Positions 16,566 to 26,042 of a stretch of 64,000 nucleotides of DNA are shown piece after piece. The notes under the pieces were generated by a model. It worked only from the letters and a program-made list of their open reading frames with translations, was not told where the DNA came from and searched no databases. The stretch comes from Alphaproteobacteria bacterium (GTDB taxonomy: Bacteria > Pseudomonadota > Alphaproteobacteria > Paracaedibacterales > VGCI01). Location: the NCBI GenBank assembly GCA_019746225.1, contig JAIESE010000013.1, positions 106,063 through 170,062 on the forward strand. Direction: 5' to 3'. The position numbers and the translations under genes were made by a program. Positions within the stretch are counted from its first letter, which is position 1. Every line of letters starts with the position of its first letter.

Positions 16566-19112
16566 ATGACAGCCTATCCCTTTAAAGAGTTTGAGCATAA
16601 ATGGCAAAAGGCATGGGGCGATGCAAAGGCGTTTGAAGTTAAAGAAGATTCGTCAAAACCAAAATCCTATATCCTAGAAATGTTTCCCTACCCCTCTGGG
16701 CGTGTCCACATGGGGCATGTGCGAAACTATGCCATTGGAGATGCGATTGCCCGATACAAGCGCGCCCAAGGGTATGCGGTTCTTCATCCCATGGGATGGG
16801 ATGCGTTTGGCTTACCCGCCGAAAACGCAGCGGCCGAACATCAAATTGACCCAGCCGTGTGGACCGTTGACAACATCAAGACCATGAAGGAACAGCTTCA
16901 GTCTTTGGGGTTTGCCTTTGATTGGACACGGGAAGTCACCACCTGTCAGCCAGATTATTATGCCCATGAACAAAAGATATTCCTGGATTTTTGGCGACAA
17001 GGTCTTGCCTATCGCAAAGAAATTTGGGTGAATTGGGATCCGATTGAAGGCTCTGTTCTTGCCAACGAACAAGTCATTAATGGTCGAGGATGGCGCTCGG
17101 GCGCTCTTGTTGAAAAGCGAAAGCTGACACAGTGGTCCTTACAAATCACCCGCTATGCCCAAGAACTCTTAAGCGATTTAGCAAAGCTTGAAGAAGGGTG
17201 GCCCGACAAAGTCATTCGCATGCAAGAAAATTGGATTGGCCGATCAGAAGGGGCTTTTGTTCAGTTTGCGCTTGTTGGACGAGACAATGAAGCTGTAGAC
17301 GTTTTCACAACGCGCCCCGAAACGTTGTTTGGCGCGGCCTTTTGTGCCATTTCTCCCGCACACCCTGTGGCAGAAGCATTGATGAAAACCAACCCCGCCC
17401 TTGCGGAATTTGTTACCATGTGTCAACGCACACCGACCACAGAAGAAGCTTTGAGCACAGAGGAAATGCAAGGCTTTGATACAGGTTTGTCCGTTCACCA
17501 CCCCTTTATTGAAGGGCACACTCTGCCCGTATATATCGCAAACTTTGTGTTGATGGATTATGGAACGGGCGCCGTCTTTGGCTGCCCCGCGCACGATGAG
17601 CGGGACTTTGAATTTGCAACAAAATACAAGTTGCCCATCACCATCGTCGTCCAACCCCAAGAAGAAGCCCTCACATCTCCCTTGAGTGCTGCTTACACAG
17701 GTCCGGGAACATTGATCAAGTCTGACTTTTTAGATGGCTTGTCCGTCGAAGCGGCACGGGTACGTGCCATCGAGGAAATTGAGCATCGCAAAATGGGCGA
17801 GCGTCGAATTACTTATCGATTACGCGATTGGTGCATCTCTCGCCAACGCTACTGGGGATGTCCCATTCCCGTTATTTACTGCGATGATTGTGGCCCTCTG
17901 CCTGTGCCAGATAAAGATCTGCCTGTAACATTGCCAAAGGATGTCGTCTTTGGGCAAGGGGGAAATCCCTTGGCCAATCATCCAACTTGGAAGCATGTGA
18001 ATTGTCCTCATTGCAACAAGGCGGCAACGCGCGAAACCGATACGTTCGATACGTTCGTTGAATCCTCATGGTATTTCTTGCGCTACTGCAACCCGAAGTC
18101 TCCCGCCCCTGTTGATAAAGCGGCTTGCCAAAAATGGATGCCCGTGGATTGGTATATTGGCGGCGTCGAGCATGCGGTCCTTCATCTCCTTTATGCACGC
18201 TTCTTTACCAAGGCCTTGCGAGATTGTGGATATGTTCATGTGGATGAGCCGTTTAAGAACCTCCTCACCCAAGGGATGGTTTGTCATCAGACCTTTCAGG
18301 GCGCGGATGGCCATTGGCTCTTACCTCAAGAGGTTGAGAAGAATACAAAAGGCCAATATGTAACGGTGAAAGACGGATCGCCCGTGACCGTGGGACGCTC
18401 TGAAAAAATGAGCAAATCAAAGAAGAACGTGGTGGATCCCCAATCGATAATTGATACCTATGGCACGGACTCTGCCCGTCTTTTTGTACTTTCAGATACT
18501 CCGCCAGAGCGCGACTTTGACTGGAGTGAAGAAGGCCTCGAAGGCGCGTGGCGATACATCAATCGCGTGTGGCGCCTTGGTCTTCAAACCATCGAATTGG
18601 CAGATCGAAAGGGTGAGACAGAACCAACGCTCGTTTTGCGAAAAGCAACGCACCAATCCATCCGAAAATTTCAGCAAGCTTATGAACGAAATGCCTTTAA
18701 CAAAGCCATCGCTTTTTTGCGTGAACTGACCAACACCCTTGAGAAAGCCATCGAAAATACAGCCATCAGTCGGGAAGCCTTGATCGAAGGCTTCGAAGTG
18801 GTTGTGCAAGGATTGAGCCCCATTGTTCCCCACTTGACCTCCGAATTATGGAGCAAGCTTGGACATCAGGTTAGCTTGGTCGATGCGCCTTGGCCGCTCG
18901 CTGATCCAACGCTCGCCATGATTGAAGAAGTCACGATTGCGGTGCAAGTTAACGGCAAAATGCGGGGATCTTTTCAAGCAGCCGTTGATGCAGAAAAATC
19001 AGCATTGGAAGAAGAAGCTCAGGCGCTCCCCGGTGTGGTCCGCGATATAGCCGGCCGACCAACGAAACGCATCATTACCATTCCAAACCGGATTGTGAAC
19101 ATTGTGGTGTAG
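16566..19112 (+). CDS. leuS: Leucine--tRNA ligase
   Basis: MFPYPSGRVHMGHVRNY (HIGH region), the KMSKS motif, ~850 aa. Confidence 0.97.
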   Translation: MTAYPFKEFEHKWQKAWGDAKAFEVKEDSSKPKSYILEMFPYPSGRVHMGHVRNYAIGDAIARYKRAQGYAVLHPMGWDAFGLPAENAAAEHQIDPAVWTVDNIKTMKEQLQSLGFAFDWTREVTTCQPDYYAHEQKIFLDFWRQGLAYRKEIWVNWDPIEGSVLANEQVINGRGWRSGALVEKRKLTQWSLQITRYAQELLSDLAKLEEGWPDKVIRMQENWIGRSEGAFVQFALVGRDNEAVDVFTTRPETLFGAAFCAISPAHPVAEALMKTNPALAEFVTMCQRTPTTEEALSTEEMQGFDTGLSVHHPFIEGHTLPVYIANFVLMDYGTGAVFGCPAHDERDFEFATKYKLPITIVVQPQEEALTSPLSAAYTGPGTLIKSDFLDGLSVEAARVRAIEEIEHRKMGERRITYRLRDWCISRQRYWGCPIPVIYCDDCGPLPVPDKDLPVTLPKDVVFGQGGNPLANHPTWKHVNCPHCNKAATRETDTFDTFVESSWYFLRYCNPKSPAPVDKAACQKWMPVDWYIGGVEHAVLHLLYARFFTKALRDCGYVHVDEPFKNLLTQGMVCHQTFQGADGHWLLPQEVEKNTKGQYVTVKDGSPVTVGRSEKMSKSKKNVVDPQSIIDTYGTDSARLFVLSDTPPERDFDWSEEGLEGAWRYINRVWRLGLQTIELADRKGETEPTLVLRKATHQSIRKFQQAYERNAFNKAIAFLRELTNTLEKAIENTAISREALIEGFEVVVQGLSPIVPHLTSELWSKLGHQVSLVDAPWPLADPTLAMIEEVTIAVQVNGKMRGSFQAAVDAEKSALEEEAQALPGVVRDIAGRPTKRIITIPNRIVNIVV

Positions 19113-19156
19113 GGTTTAGATGTTATACTTTTTATAAGTGTTATAATATTAGTTAC

Positions 19157-19190
19157 GTCATTGCGAGGAGTTAAGCCGAAGCCTTGGCGG
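19157..19190. repeat. Solo half-copy of the GTCATTGCGAGG repeat family
   Basis: GTCATTGCGAGGAGTTAAGCCGAAGCC lies in the leuS-lptE spacer. Confidence 0.6.
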
Positions 19191-19231
19191 AATATTGAAG
19201 TTTGTACCGTGCAATTGATTGGAACAACAAA

Positions 19232-19771
19232 ATGTCTTTCAAAAAGCTCTTGGCCATCTCCTTCTTATCCCTTCCCCTAACAGGTTGTGGATTTCAACCC
19301 CTCATGTCAGGACAGCAAGAGTACCCCCAGCGCTTTAATTTAAAAATTAATGGTACTGGCTATTCTGCTTATAAATTCCGACGGGAATTAGAAAAGCAAT
19401 TGGCCCTTACTCCAAGGGTTAATAACAAAGCTTACATCGTGTCCATTACAGTAAATGAAGGATATGTCCCCATCGCTTATGGCTCAGACGCAACTGTATC
19501 TCGCAGCCAAATTCAAGCAACCGCCAATTACAAGATCTATGATGGCAATAAGTTCAGAGCCCAAGGAACGGTTACCGCCTACAGTAGTTATATTCTCAAC
19601 TACACGGAAGAATTCAGTACGCGAAGCGCAGAATCCGCAGCCAGTGAGCGTACAATCCTCAGTCTCTCAGAAGAGGTTGCCCGCGAAATTATGCTTAAAA
19701 TTCGCTCCCTTCCAGAAAAGGAAGACAGACAAATAGCGGAAACAAAAGCTGAAAAAGACGATAATTGGTGA
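19232..19771 (+). CDS. lptE: LPS-assembly lipoprotein LptE
   Basis: Lipobox LPLTGC, ~180 aa, and the conserved position directly after leuS. I preferred the ATG at 19232 to the track start at 19202. Confidence 0.7.
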   Translation: MSFKKLLAISFLSLPLTGCGFQPLMSGQQEYPQRFNLKINGTGYSAYKFRRELEKQLALTPRVNNKAYIVSITVNEGYVPIAYGSDATVSRSQIQATANYKIYDGNKFRAQGTVTAYSSYILNYTEEFSTRSAESAASERTILSLSEEVAREIMLKIRSLPEKEDRQIAETKAEKDDNW

Positions 19772-19778
19772 GGGTTAA

Positions 19779-19919
19779 CGAAAGGATATTTCAGACTCTA
19801 GGAATATCAAATCATAGAAATCAAAATAACTGTAGGCGTCATTGCTTCGCTTTCGCTCGCAATGACGATAAAACTTTGTTTACTAAATATGTAATGTAGC
19901 TATCATATATATCCTTTCG
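19779..19919. repeat. MITE-like element with 11-bp terminal inverted repeats and an internal GTCATTGC palindrome
   Basis: CGAAAGGATAT (19779-19789) pairs with ATATCCTTTCG (19909-19919). Internally, CGTCATTGC (19837-19845) pairs with GCAATGACG (19859-19867). It fills the lptE/csaA convergent spacer. Confidence 0.55.
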
Positions 19920-19927
19920 GATAAGTT

Positions 19928-20275
19928 CTAAAACAGCTTCTGCCCGTTGGGAACCCGCGGGTCGGCAGTCGCAAGACACACAGCGCCCGCCTCATCAGGA
20001 AATCCAACTAGGAGAAATTCGGACATGAACCCAGCGATATTGCGAGGGGCTAGGTTCACGCATCCCATCACTTGCCGTCCAACAAGATCTTCAAGGGTGT
20101 AGTGTTTGGTAACTTGGGCGGACGTCTGCTTGATGCCAAGGTCACCCCCGAAATCAACCCACACTTTGTAAGCTGGCTTTTGCGCTCTTGGAAAAGCTTC
20201 TGCTTTGACAACAGTGCCGGAACGCAATTCAACACGACTAAAATCTTCATAAGTAATAATATTCATATTCTTCAT
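19928..20275 (-). CDS. csaA: tRNA-binding domain protein (CsaA-like)
   Basis: F..VELRSGTVVKAEAFPRAQKPAYKVWVDFG matches the EMAP/CsaA-type OB fold. ~115 aa. Confidence 0.8.
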   Translation of the reverse strand: MKNMNIITYEDFSRVELRSGTVVKAEAFPRAQKPAYKVWVDFGGDLGIKQTSAQVTKHYTLEDLVGRQVMGCVNLAPRNIAGFMSEFLLVGFPDEAGAVCLATADPRVPNGQKLF

Positions 20276-20479
20276 CCATAAACAATTGATTTATATAATA
20301 ATAACGTAAATAACAGGGAACGGACCTCTTTCATCAAAAGGCCACAGAGAGGCTGATATAAACGTTACCGCTTATAGAGAAAACATGGATTAAATGAGTG
20401 TCGGCTTTTCGTCATAGTCTTTATGTAGAAGGTCAATGGACAGATTTCAAGAAAAAATTAAGATCCTCACAAAAAATCC

Positions 20480-21706
20480 TCACACCACCAGCTGGGTGGG
20501 GAATCCACCGGCTTCAAGACGAGCGATGATATTTGTCGCATGATCAGCATCTCGTGTTTCAACAACCGCGTCCAACACGGCCATCTTGACCGTGATGTGA
20601 TTAAAGAGGCGTTGATGGTTCACCTCAAAAATATTGCCGCCCGCATCCCCAATGATCTTCGAGATCTGCCCTAAAACACCAGGTGCATCGTTGATGTCGA
20701 TCTTGAGGCGCACCAGTTTGCCATGGTGCACAAGACCGCGTAAGAGCAAAGAGGACAGGATGCGCGCATCAATATTTCCCCCACAGATCACCGTGCCCAC
20801 CTTTCGTCCGGTGAAACGGTCAGGCTCAGCCGCCAACGCAGCAACGCCCGCGGCTCCCGCCCCTTCCGCGATCAGTTTCCCATGAATCAACACGTCTTCA
20901 ATGGCCGCTTCAATCTGATCTTCGGTGACAATAATAATATCCGACAAATGTTTCTTCAAAATCTGTCGAGTCAGAACACCAGGCGATTTAACGGCAATAC
21001 CTTCCGCAAGGGATGTGGAAATAATCTCTGTTGGTGTAAAGCTGCGCTCCGGATAGAGCACTTGCGCCATCGCTGGACAAGACGCTGCCTGAACTCCAAT
21101 AATCTCAATCTTGGGATTGATCGATTTGGCCGCGATCGCCATACCCGCGGCAAGGCCGCCACCGCCAATCGGAATAATCAAAACATCGAGGTCCGGCACA
21201 TCAGCCAGCATTTCTAAGGCCACAGTCCCCTGTCCCGCAATTACTGCAGGATCATCATAAGGATGGATGACCGTCAAACCCTCCTCTTTGGCCAATTGGG
21301 AGGCATAGTCACCCGCTTCATGGAGATTTTGTCCCTCCAAAATGACCCTTGCCCCAAGGCACTGGGTACTCTCAATCTTCGAAAAGGGGGTTGTTTTGGG
21401 CATCACAATCGTCGCGGGAATCCCAAGGGCGCGCGCATGGTACGCCACACCTTGAGCATGGTTTCCAGCCGACATGGCGATAATACCTTTGCCCTGCTGG
21501 TCTTTTGAGAGCGCCGAAATTTTAATGTACGCCCCTCGAACCTTGAAAGACGACATCACTTGCAAGTTTTCCAGCTTTAAAAAGATAGAAGCTTTAGCTT
21601 GTTCACTCAGCCAAGGCGACAGAAGCATGGGCGTGCGCAAAATCACAGACTCAAGAGTTTTTGCCGCTTCTTGGATATCCTCAAAGGTGGTCTCAAGCAT
21701 CGTCAA
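20480..21706 (-). CDS. ilvA: Threonine ammonia-lyase (short form with one ACT-like domain)
   Basis: The PLP lysine motif SSFKVRGA, the GGGGL loop and a C-terminal regulatory domain. ~408 aa. Confidence 0.88.
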   Translation of the reverse strand: MTMLETTFEDIQEAAKTLESVILRTPMLLSPWLSEQAKASIFLKLENLQVMSSFKVRGAYIKISALSKDQQGKGIIAMSAGNHAQGVAYHARALGIPATIVMPKTTPFSKIESTQCLGARVILEGQNLHEAGDYASQLAKEEGLTVIHPYDDPAVIAGQGTVALEMLADVPDLDVLIIPIGGGGLAAGMAIAAKSINPKIEIIGVQAASCPAMAQVLYPERSFTPTEIISTSLAEGIAVKSPGVLTRQILKKHLSDIIIVTEDQIEAAIEDVLIHGKLIAEGAGAAGVAALAAEPDRFTGRKVGTVICGGNIDARILSSLLLRGLVHHGKLVRLKIDINDAPGVLGQISKIIGDAGGNIFEVNHQRLFNHITVKMAVLDAVVETRDADHATNIIARLEAGGFPTQLVV

Positions 21707-21708
21707 TT

Positions 21709-22191
21709 TTAAAGAGCCTTTAAGAGGGTTTCCGCTGCACTCACCGTACAGACACCGGAATCTTCTTCCAAATTGAAAATGGCAACAACACCGTCTTTAA
21801 CCAACATGTTGTATCGCTTAGACCGAATTCCCAAACCGTTTTTTGATCCATCAAAAGTAAGTCCCATGGCTTTTGAAAACTCGGCACTCCAGTCGGCGAG
21901 AAAGATTATATCCGGATGAGAAATCTCTAATTTACCCCAAGCAGCCAAAGCAAAAGGGTCATTGACAGCAACACACACCACCTCAATGCCCTTTCGTTTA
22001 AATTCATCCATATTCTTGGCAAAACTGGGCAAGTGAACATTACTGCAAGGGGGGGTAAAAGCACCAACCAAGCCAAAAAGAGCGATTGTCTTTCCTTTGA
22101 ATAGGTTTTGGGTATCCGCATCTTGAAAGCCGTCTTTCGTGATTTGTTTTACGGTCGCATTTGGAAGATGGTCGCCAACTTTAATCGTCAT
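21709..22191 (-). CDS. Peroxiredoxin (Prx5-like)
   Basis: GAFTPPCS peroxidatic Cys motif. 160 aa. Confidence 0.85.
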   Translation of the reverse strand: MTIKVGDHLPNATVKQITKDGFQDADTQNLFKGKTIALFGLVGAFTPPCSNVHLPSFAKNMDEFKRKGIEVVCVAVNDPFALAAWGKLEISHPDIIFLADWSAEFSKAMGLTFDGSKNGLGIRSKRYNMLVKDGVVAIFNLEEDSGVCTVSAAETLLKAL

Positions 22192-22324
22192 GAAAAATAA
22201 TCCTCTTTTGTTGTTTTTAATAGTAACAGCATAACCTCCTTTATTCCCTTAAGGAAAGGGGGACGTTAATTTTATAGAAAGGAATTTTCTGATACAGTGA
22301 GATTATGTAAAACTCAACGGAAGC

Positions 22325-22924
22325 TTGGAAATCGTGGCAACAGAACAAACACCCTCCTCATTGCAAGACGGTTACGACCTAACGGGCAAGATATTGATTG
22401 CTATGCCTTTTTTGCCTGACCCACGCTTTACTCATGCTGTTATTTATATTTGTGGCCACGATGCGCAAGGTGCCATGGGACTTATCGTCAATAAAGGCCT
22501 CCCTGCGATCACCTTCGAAGAATTATTGACGCAGATGGAAGTAGATATATCGACGATCGCCACCCAGGTACCCATTCATTATGGGGGCCCTGTCGAGGTG
22601 GGTCGTGGGTTTGTCCTTCATTCAAGTGATTACGTAAGCGAATCTACAGTCCTCATTGAAAATGGTTTCGCGATGACCGCAACCCTAGATATTCTGCGGG
22701 CCATTGCCTTGAATGAAGGCCCTCGCGAGACATTATTAGCATTAGGCTATGTTGGGTGGGGCGCAGGCCAGTTGGAACATGAAATTCAAGAAAACGGGTG
22801 GCTCACTATCGATGCAAGCCCTGAACTCATTTTTGGGTCTGATCTTGATGGAAAGTGGCGCCAGGCTTTGGCAACCCTTGGAATTGACCCCGCCGGATTG
22901 TCTTTTGAGATCGGCCACGCTTAA
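22325..22924 (+). CDS. YqgE/AlgH family protein (UPF0301)
   Basis: GKILIAMPFLPDPRFTHAVIYICGHDAQGAMGLIVNK is the family signature region. Confidence 0.85.
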   Translation: MEIVATEQTPSSLQDGYDLTGKILIAMPFLPDPRFTHAVIYICGHDAQGAMGLIVNKGLPAITFEELLTQMEVDISTIATQVPIHYGGPVEVGRGFVLHSSDYVSESTVLIENGFAMTATLDILRAIALNEGPRETLLALGYVGWGAGQLEHEIQENGWLTIDASPELIFGSDLDGKWRQALATLGIDPAGLSFEIGHA

Positions 22925-23017
22925 CGGCCGAGTGTCCATTCTTAAATCCCTATCGAAATCAATCGTCCGTTTACCCGAATCTTTTATTCTTTCATGCTCT
23001 CATGTAACCCAGCACCC

Positions 23018-23061
23018 AGTCACTAAGTCACTAAGTCACTAAGTCACTAAGTCACTAAGTC
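23018..23061. repeat. Octanucleotide tandem repeat (AGTCACTA) x5.5
   Basis: Five perfect head-to-tail copies (23018-23057) plus a 4-nt partial copy. Intergenic, followed by a ~230-nt extremely AT-rich spacer. Confidence 0.95.
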
Positions 23062-23289
23062 GTTAATACCCCCCCGTTTTTAATACAAACTATTTTTCAA
23101 AACTCTCATCTATAATTAAACACAATGAAATTTATCTATTCTTTATTTTATAATACAATTTTTATAAGTAACAAAAAGTATTAAACATTTTCTTCTTTGT
23201 CATTTTATTTAATTAAAATTTTTTGCTTGCACAAAGGTTAATTTTGTATTAATTGTTAATGAATATTAATAATTCGTTAAGGAAACCTT

Positions 23290-23838
23290 GTGTTCATTCA
23301 GACAGAAGAAACACCCAATCCTGAAACCTTAAAGTTTCTCCCCGGATGCGTTGTGATGCCTGAAGGAACCGCATCTTATATAGAGGGTCAGCCTTGCGAT
23401 AATTCCCCCTTGGCTTTCTCTTTAATGAATGTTGAGGGCATAACAGGTGTTTTTTTTGGGTCGGATTTTATAACAATCACCAAAGACCCCACCCAAGAAT
23501 GGACGCTGTTGAAGCCCTCTATTTTGGGCTTATTAATGGAGCATTTTGTCGCAAATCTACCGGTAGTCACGGATGTTGTGGCTGGTGGGGCCTCCCAAGC
23601 AATTTCGACTGATCCTCTTGTTCACCAAATCCGGGAACTGTTAGACACGCGGATTCGTCCCGCCGTTGCCCAAGACGGAGGAGACATCGTCTTTCATTCC
23701 TTTGAAGAGGGGATTGTTTATTTAAAAATGCAAGGAGCTTGCTCAGGCTGTCCAAGCTCAACAGCAACATTAAAGTCGGGCATTGAAAATATGCTGCGAT
23801 ATTATGTCCCGGAAGTTCTAGAAGTCCGGGCGATTTGA
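23290..23838 (+). CDS. NifU-family Fe-S cluster protein (Nfu N-terminal domain plus NifU C-terminal domain)
   Basis: MFIQTEETPNPETLKFLPG and a C-terminal CSGCPSS motif. Confidence 0.85.
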   Translation: MFIQTEETPNPETLKFLPGCVVMPEGTASYIEGQPCDNSPLAFSLMNVEGITGVFFGSDFITITKDPTQEWTLLKPSILGLLMEHFVANLPVVTDVVAGGASQAISTDPLVHQIRELLDTRIRPAVAQDGGDIVFHSFEEGIVYLKMQGACSGCPSSTATLKSGIENMLRYYVPEVLEVRAI

Positions 23839-23852
23839 AGGAGAGTCCATCC

Positions 23853-24560
23853 ATGAAGCTGACAACATTAATACGAATCACTATGGCTGCAGGGTTTCTC
23901 TCAACACAATTTATCGCTCTTGCGGATGAAAAAACAGCAGAAAAGCCAGCTCTCCCTCCCCAACCTATTGCAAAACCATCTTCAGTAGCCGAAGTTATTA
24001 CCAAACAAGAAACGGAAAAAGGGATTCCTCAAAACTTATTAAGAGCCATTGCCAAGATTGAATCTGGACTTTCTCCTTGGGCTGTGAATGCGGGCGGACG
24101 TGCCCATATGTTTCGATCCAAAGAAGCTGCCGCAAGTTATGTTCGGGAACTGGTTGACCAGGGAACGACAAATTTTTCCGTGGGCTGTATGCAATTGCAT
24201 TATGCGTCTCACCGTCGCAACTTCAAGTCCATTGAAGCGATGTTAGAGCCCCAAAACAACATTGCTCACGCCGCTAAGCTGATAAAGAATCTCGAGCGTC
24301 GCCACGGATCTATTGAGCGCGCCATCAAATATTACCATTCCGCTTCCCCTGCGCATCATAACGCGTATAAAAGTCGTGTTTATGGCATGTGGGCGAAATT
24401 GGGCCGCCGTTCTAGCCTCCAAAAAGGTGACTATTTAAAGACAGTTGCTTTGAAAACTCAAACTCAAAAACCTCAACTTAAGACGTCTAAGCGTATCTCT
24501 AAAATCAAGTTTGGCGTTGGAGCTGCGTCTTCAAAAAAGAGAAAAACGAATAAAGTCTAA
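23853..24560 (+). CDS. Lytic transglycosylase (SLT domain) protein, secreted
   Basis: Signal peptide and LLRAIAKIESGLSPWAVN (catalytic Glu-Ser block). GAAGGAGAG RBS before the ATG at 23853. Confidence 0.75.
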   Translation: MKLTTLIRITMAAGFLSTQFIALADEKTAEKPALPPQPIAKPSSVAEVITKQETEKGIPQNLLRAIAKIESGLSPWAVNAGGRAHMFRSKEAAASYVRELVDQGTTNFSVGCMQLHYASHRRNFKSIEAMLEPQNNIAHAAKLIKNLERRHGSIERAIKYYHSASPAHHNAYKSRVYGMWAKLGRRSSLQKGDYLKTVALKTQTQKPQLKTSKRISKIKFGVGAASSKKRKTNKV

Positions 24561-24679
24561 TTTAGCCTAAAAAACATATCTCTTTTTCTCATTTCATTAC
24601 AATTGCTTGCCTTATGGGTGAAAATTTCTGTATGGTAAGTTCATTGAAGAAATGCACCTTTTAGACTGTGGTTAATTTT

Positions 24680-26029
24680 ATGGTTATTCGCGTTCGTTTT
24701 GCTCCAAGTCCAACTGGATTACTTCACATTGGAAATGCCCGTGCAGCATTGATCAATTGGCTATTTGCACGCCATCACGCTTTAAAAGGCGAAGATGCCT
24801 CTTTTCTCTTTCGCCTGGATGATACGGATTTAGAACGCTCTGATCCAGTCTATGCGAAGGCCATCGAAGAAGATCTGGCTTGGCTTGGCCTGACCCATGA
24901 CCGTTTTGCGCGCCAATCTGATCGGTTTGGTGAGTATGATAAAGCCGTCGAACACCTAAAGACTTCTGGCAGATTGTATCCCTGTTATGAAACACCTGAA
25001 GAATTAGATTTCAAGCGAAAGCGACAATTAGCGCGCCATGAGCCCCCCATTTATGATCGCACAGGCTTAAAATTGACCGATGAGGAGCGCCAGGCATTTG
25101 AGGCAGAAGGGCGTCGTCCCCATTGGCGTTTCAAATTGCTGCCCGAAGCCATCCACTGGGATGATCTGATTCGAGGACCTAATGATTTTCATGGGAGCCA
25201 CCTCAGTGACCCCGTTTTGGTTCGTGGCGATGGGGCATATCTGTATACTCTTACTTCTGTTGTGGATGATATAGATTTTGGCATTACCCATATTATTCGC
25301 GGTGAAGATCATGTCACGAATACAGCTGTCCAAATTCAATTATTTACGGCCCTTGGTGGAGACATTTCAAAGATGCACTTTGCCCATTCTACCTTGCTTG
25401 TTGATGTGAATGGGGCTTCCTTATCCAAACGCCTCGGGAGCTTGAGTTTAGCTTCTTTGCGTGAGTCTGGTCTTGAGCCTATGTCCATTAACAGTTTTCT
25501 TGCGCGACTTGGAACATCCATGCCCATTGAGCCGCACTTGACACTGGATGAGCTGGCGGAAAATTTCACCTTGTCCATCTTTAGCCGGACTGCGCCTCAT
25601 TTTGATCAGGCAGAGTTGGGAACAATCAATCACAAACTATTACAAATGACGCCTTTTGAACGGGTTAGAGATCGTTTGAAAGTGATCTCTCCTTCACTCA
25701 ACGAGCCCTTCTGGAATGTCATTCGTGGAAACTTGAAAACAATTCAAGAGGCCAAAGACTGGGAACCAATTATCAGTGGGGGTATGACACCCATCATCGA
25801 AGACCAAAATTATCTGAATCAAGCCTTGAGTTGCTTGCCAGGAGAACCTTGGAATACGGAGACTTGGGGTATATGGACTAACCAACTGAAAGAGATGACA
25901 GGACGCAAAGGCAAAGAATTGTTTATGCCTTTGAGGCAAGCCATAACAGGAATGGATCATGGGCCCGAAATGAAAGAACTGTTGCCCTTGATAGGTTATA
26001 CAAAAATAAAAGAACGACTTAAGGGATAA
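24680..26029 (+). CDS. gltX: Glutamate--tRNA ligase
   Basis: RFAPSPTGLLHIGNARAAL (HIGH region) and a KLSKR-like LSKRLGS motif. Confidence 0.93.
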   Translation: MVIRVRFAPSPTGLLHIGNARAALINWLFARHHALKGEDASFLFRLDDTDLERSDPVYAKAIEEDLAWLGLTHDRFARQSDRFGEYDKAVEHLKTSGRLYPCYETPEELDFKRKRQLARHEPPIYDRTGLKLTDEERQAFEAEGRRPHWRFKLLPEAIHWDDLIRGPNDFHGSHLSDPVLVRGDGAYLYTLTSVVDDIDFGITHIIRGEDHVTNTAVQIQLFTALGGDISKMHFAHSTLLVDVNGASLSKRLGSLSLASLRESGLEPMSINSFLARLGTSMPIEPHLTLDELAENFTLSIFSRTAPHFDQAELGTINHKLLQMTPFERVRDRLKVISPSLNEPFWNVIRGNLKTIQEAKDWEPIISGGMTPIIEDQNYLNQALSCLPGEPWNTETWGIWTNQLKEMTGRKGKELFMPLRQAITGMDHGPEMKELLPLIGYTKIKERLKG

Positions 26030-26042
26030 GCAAACAACCATC

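Noticed and set aside
23018-23061. The 8-bp tandem array as a CRISPR array
   Set aside because: There are no spacers, the unit is far too short, and no cas genes are present. It is a simple microsatellite-like repeat.
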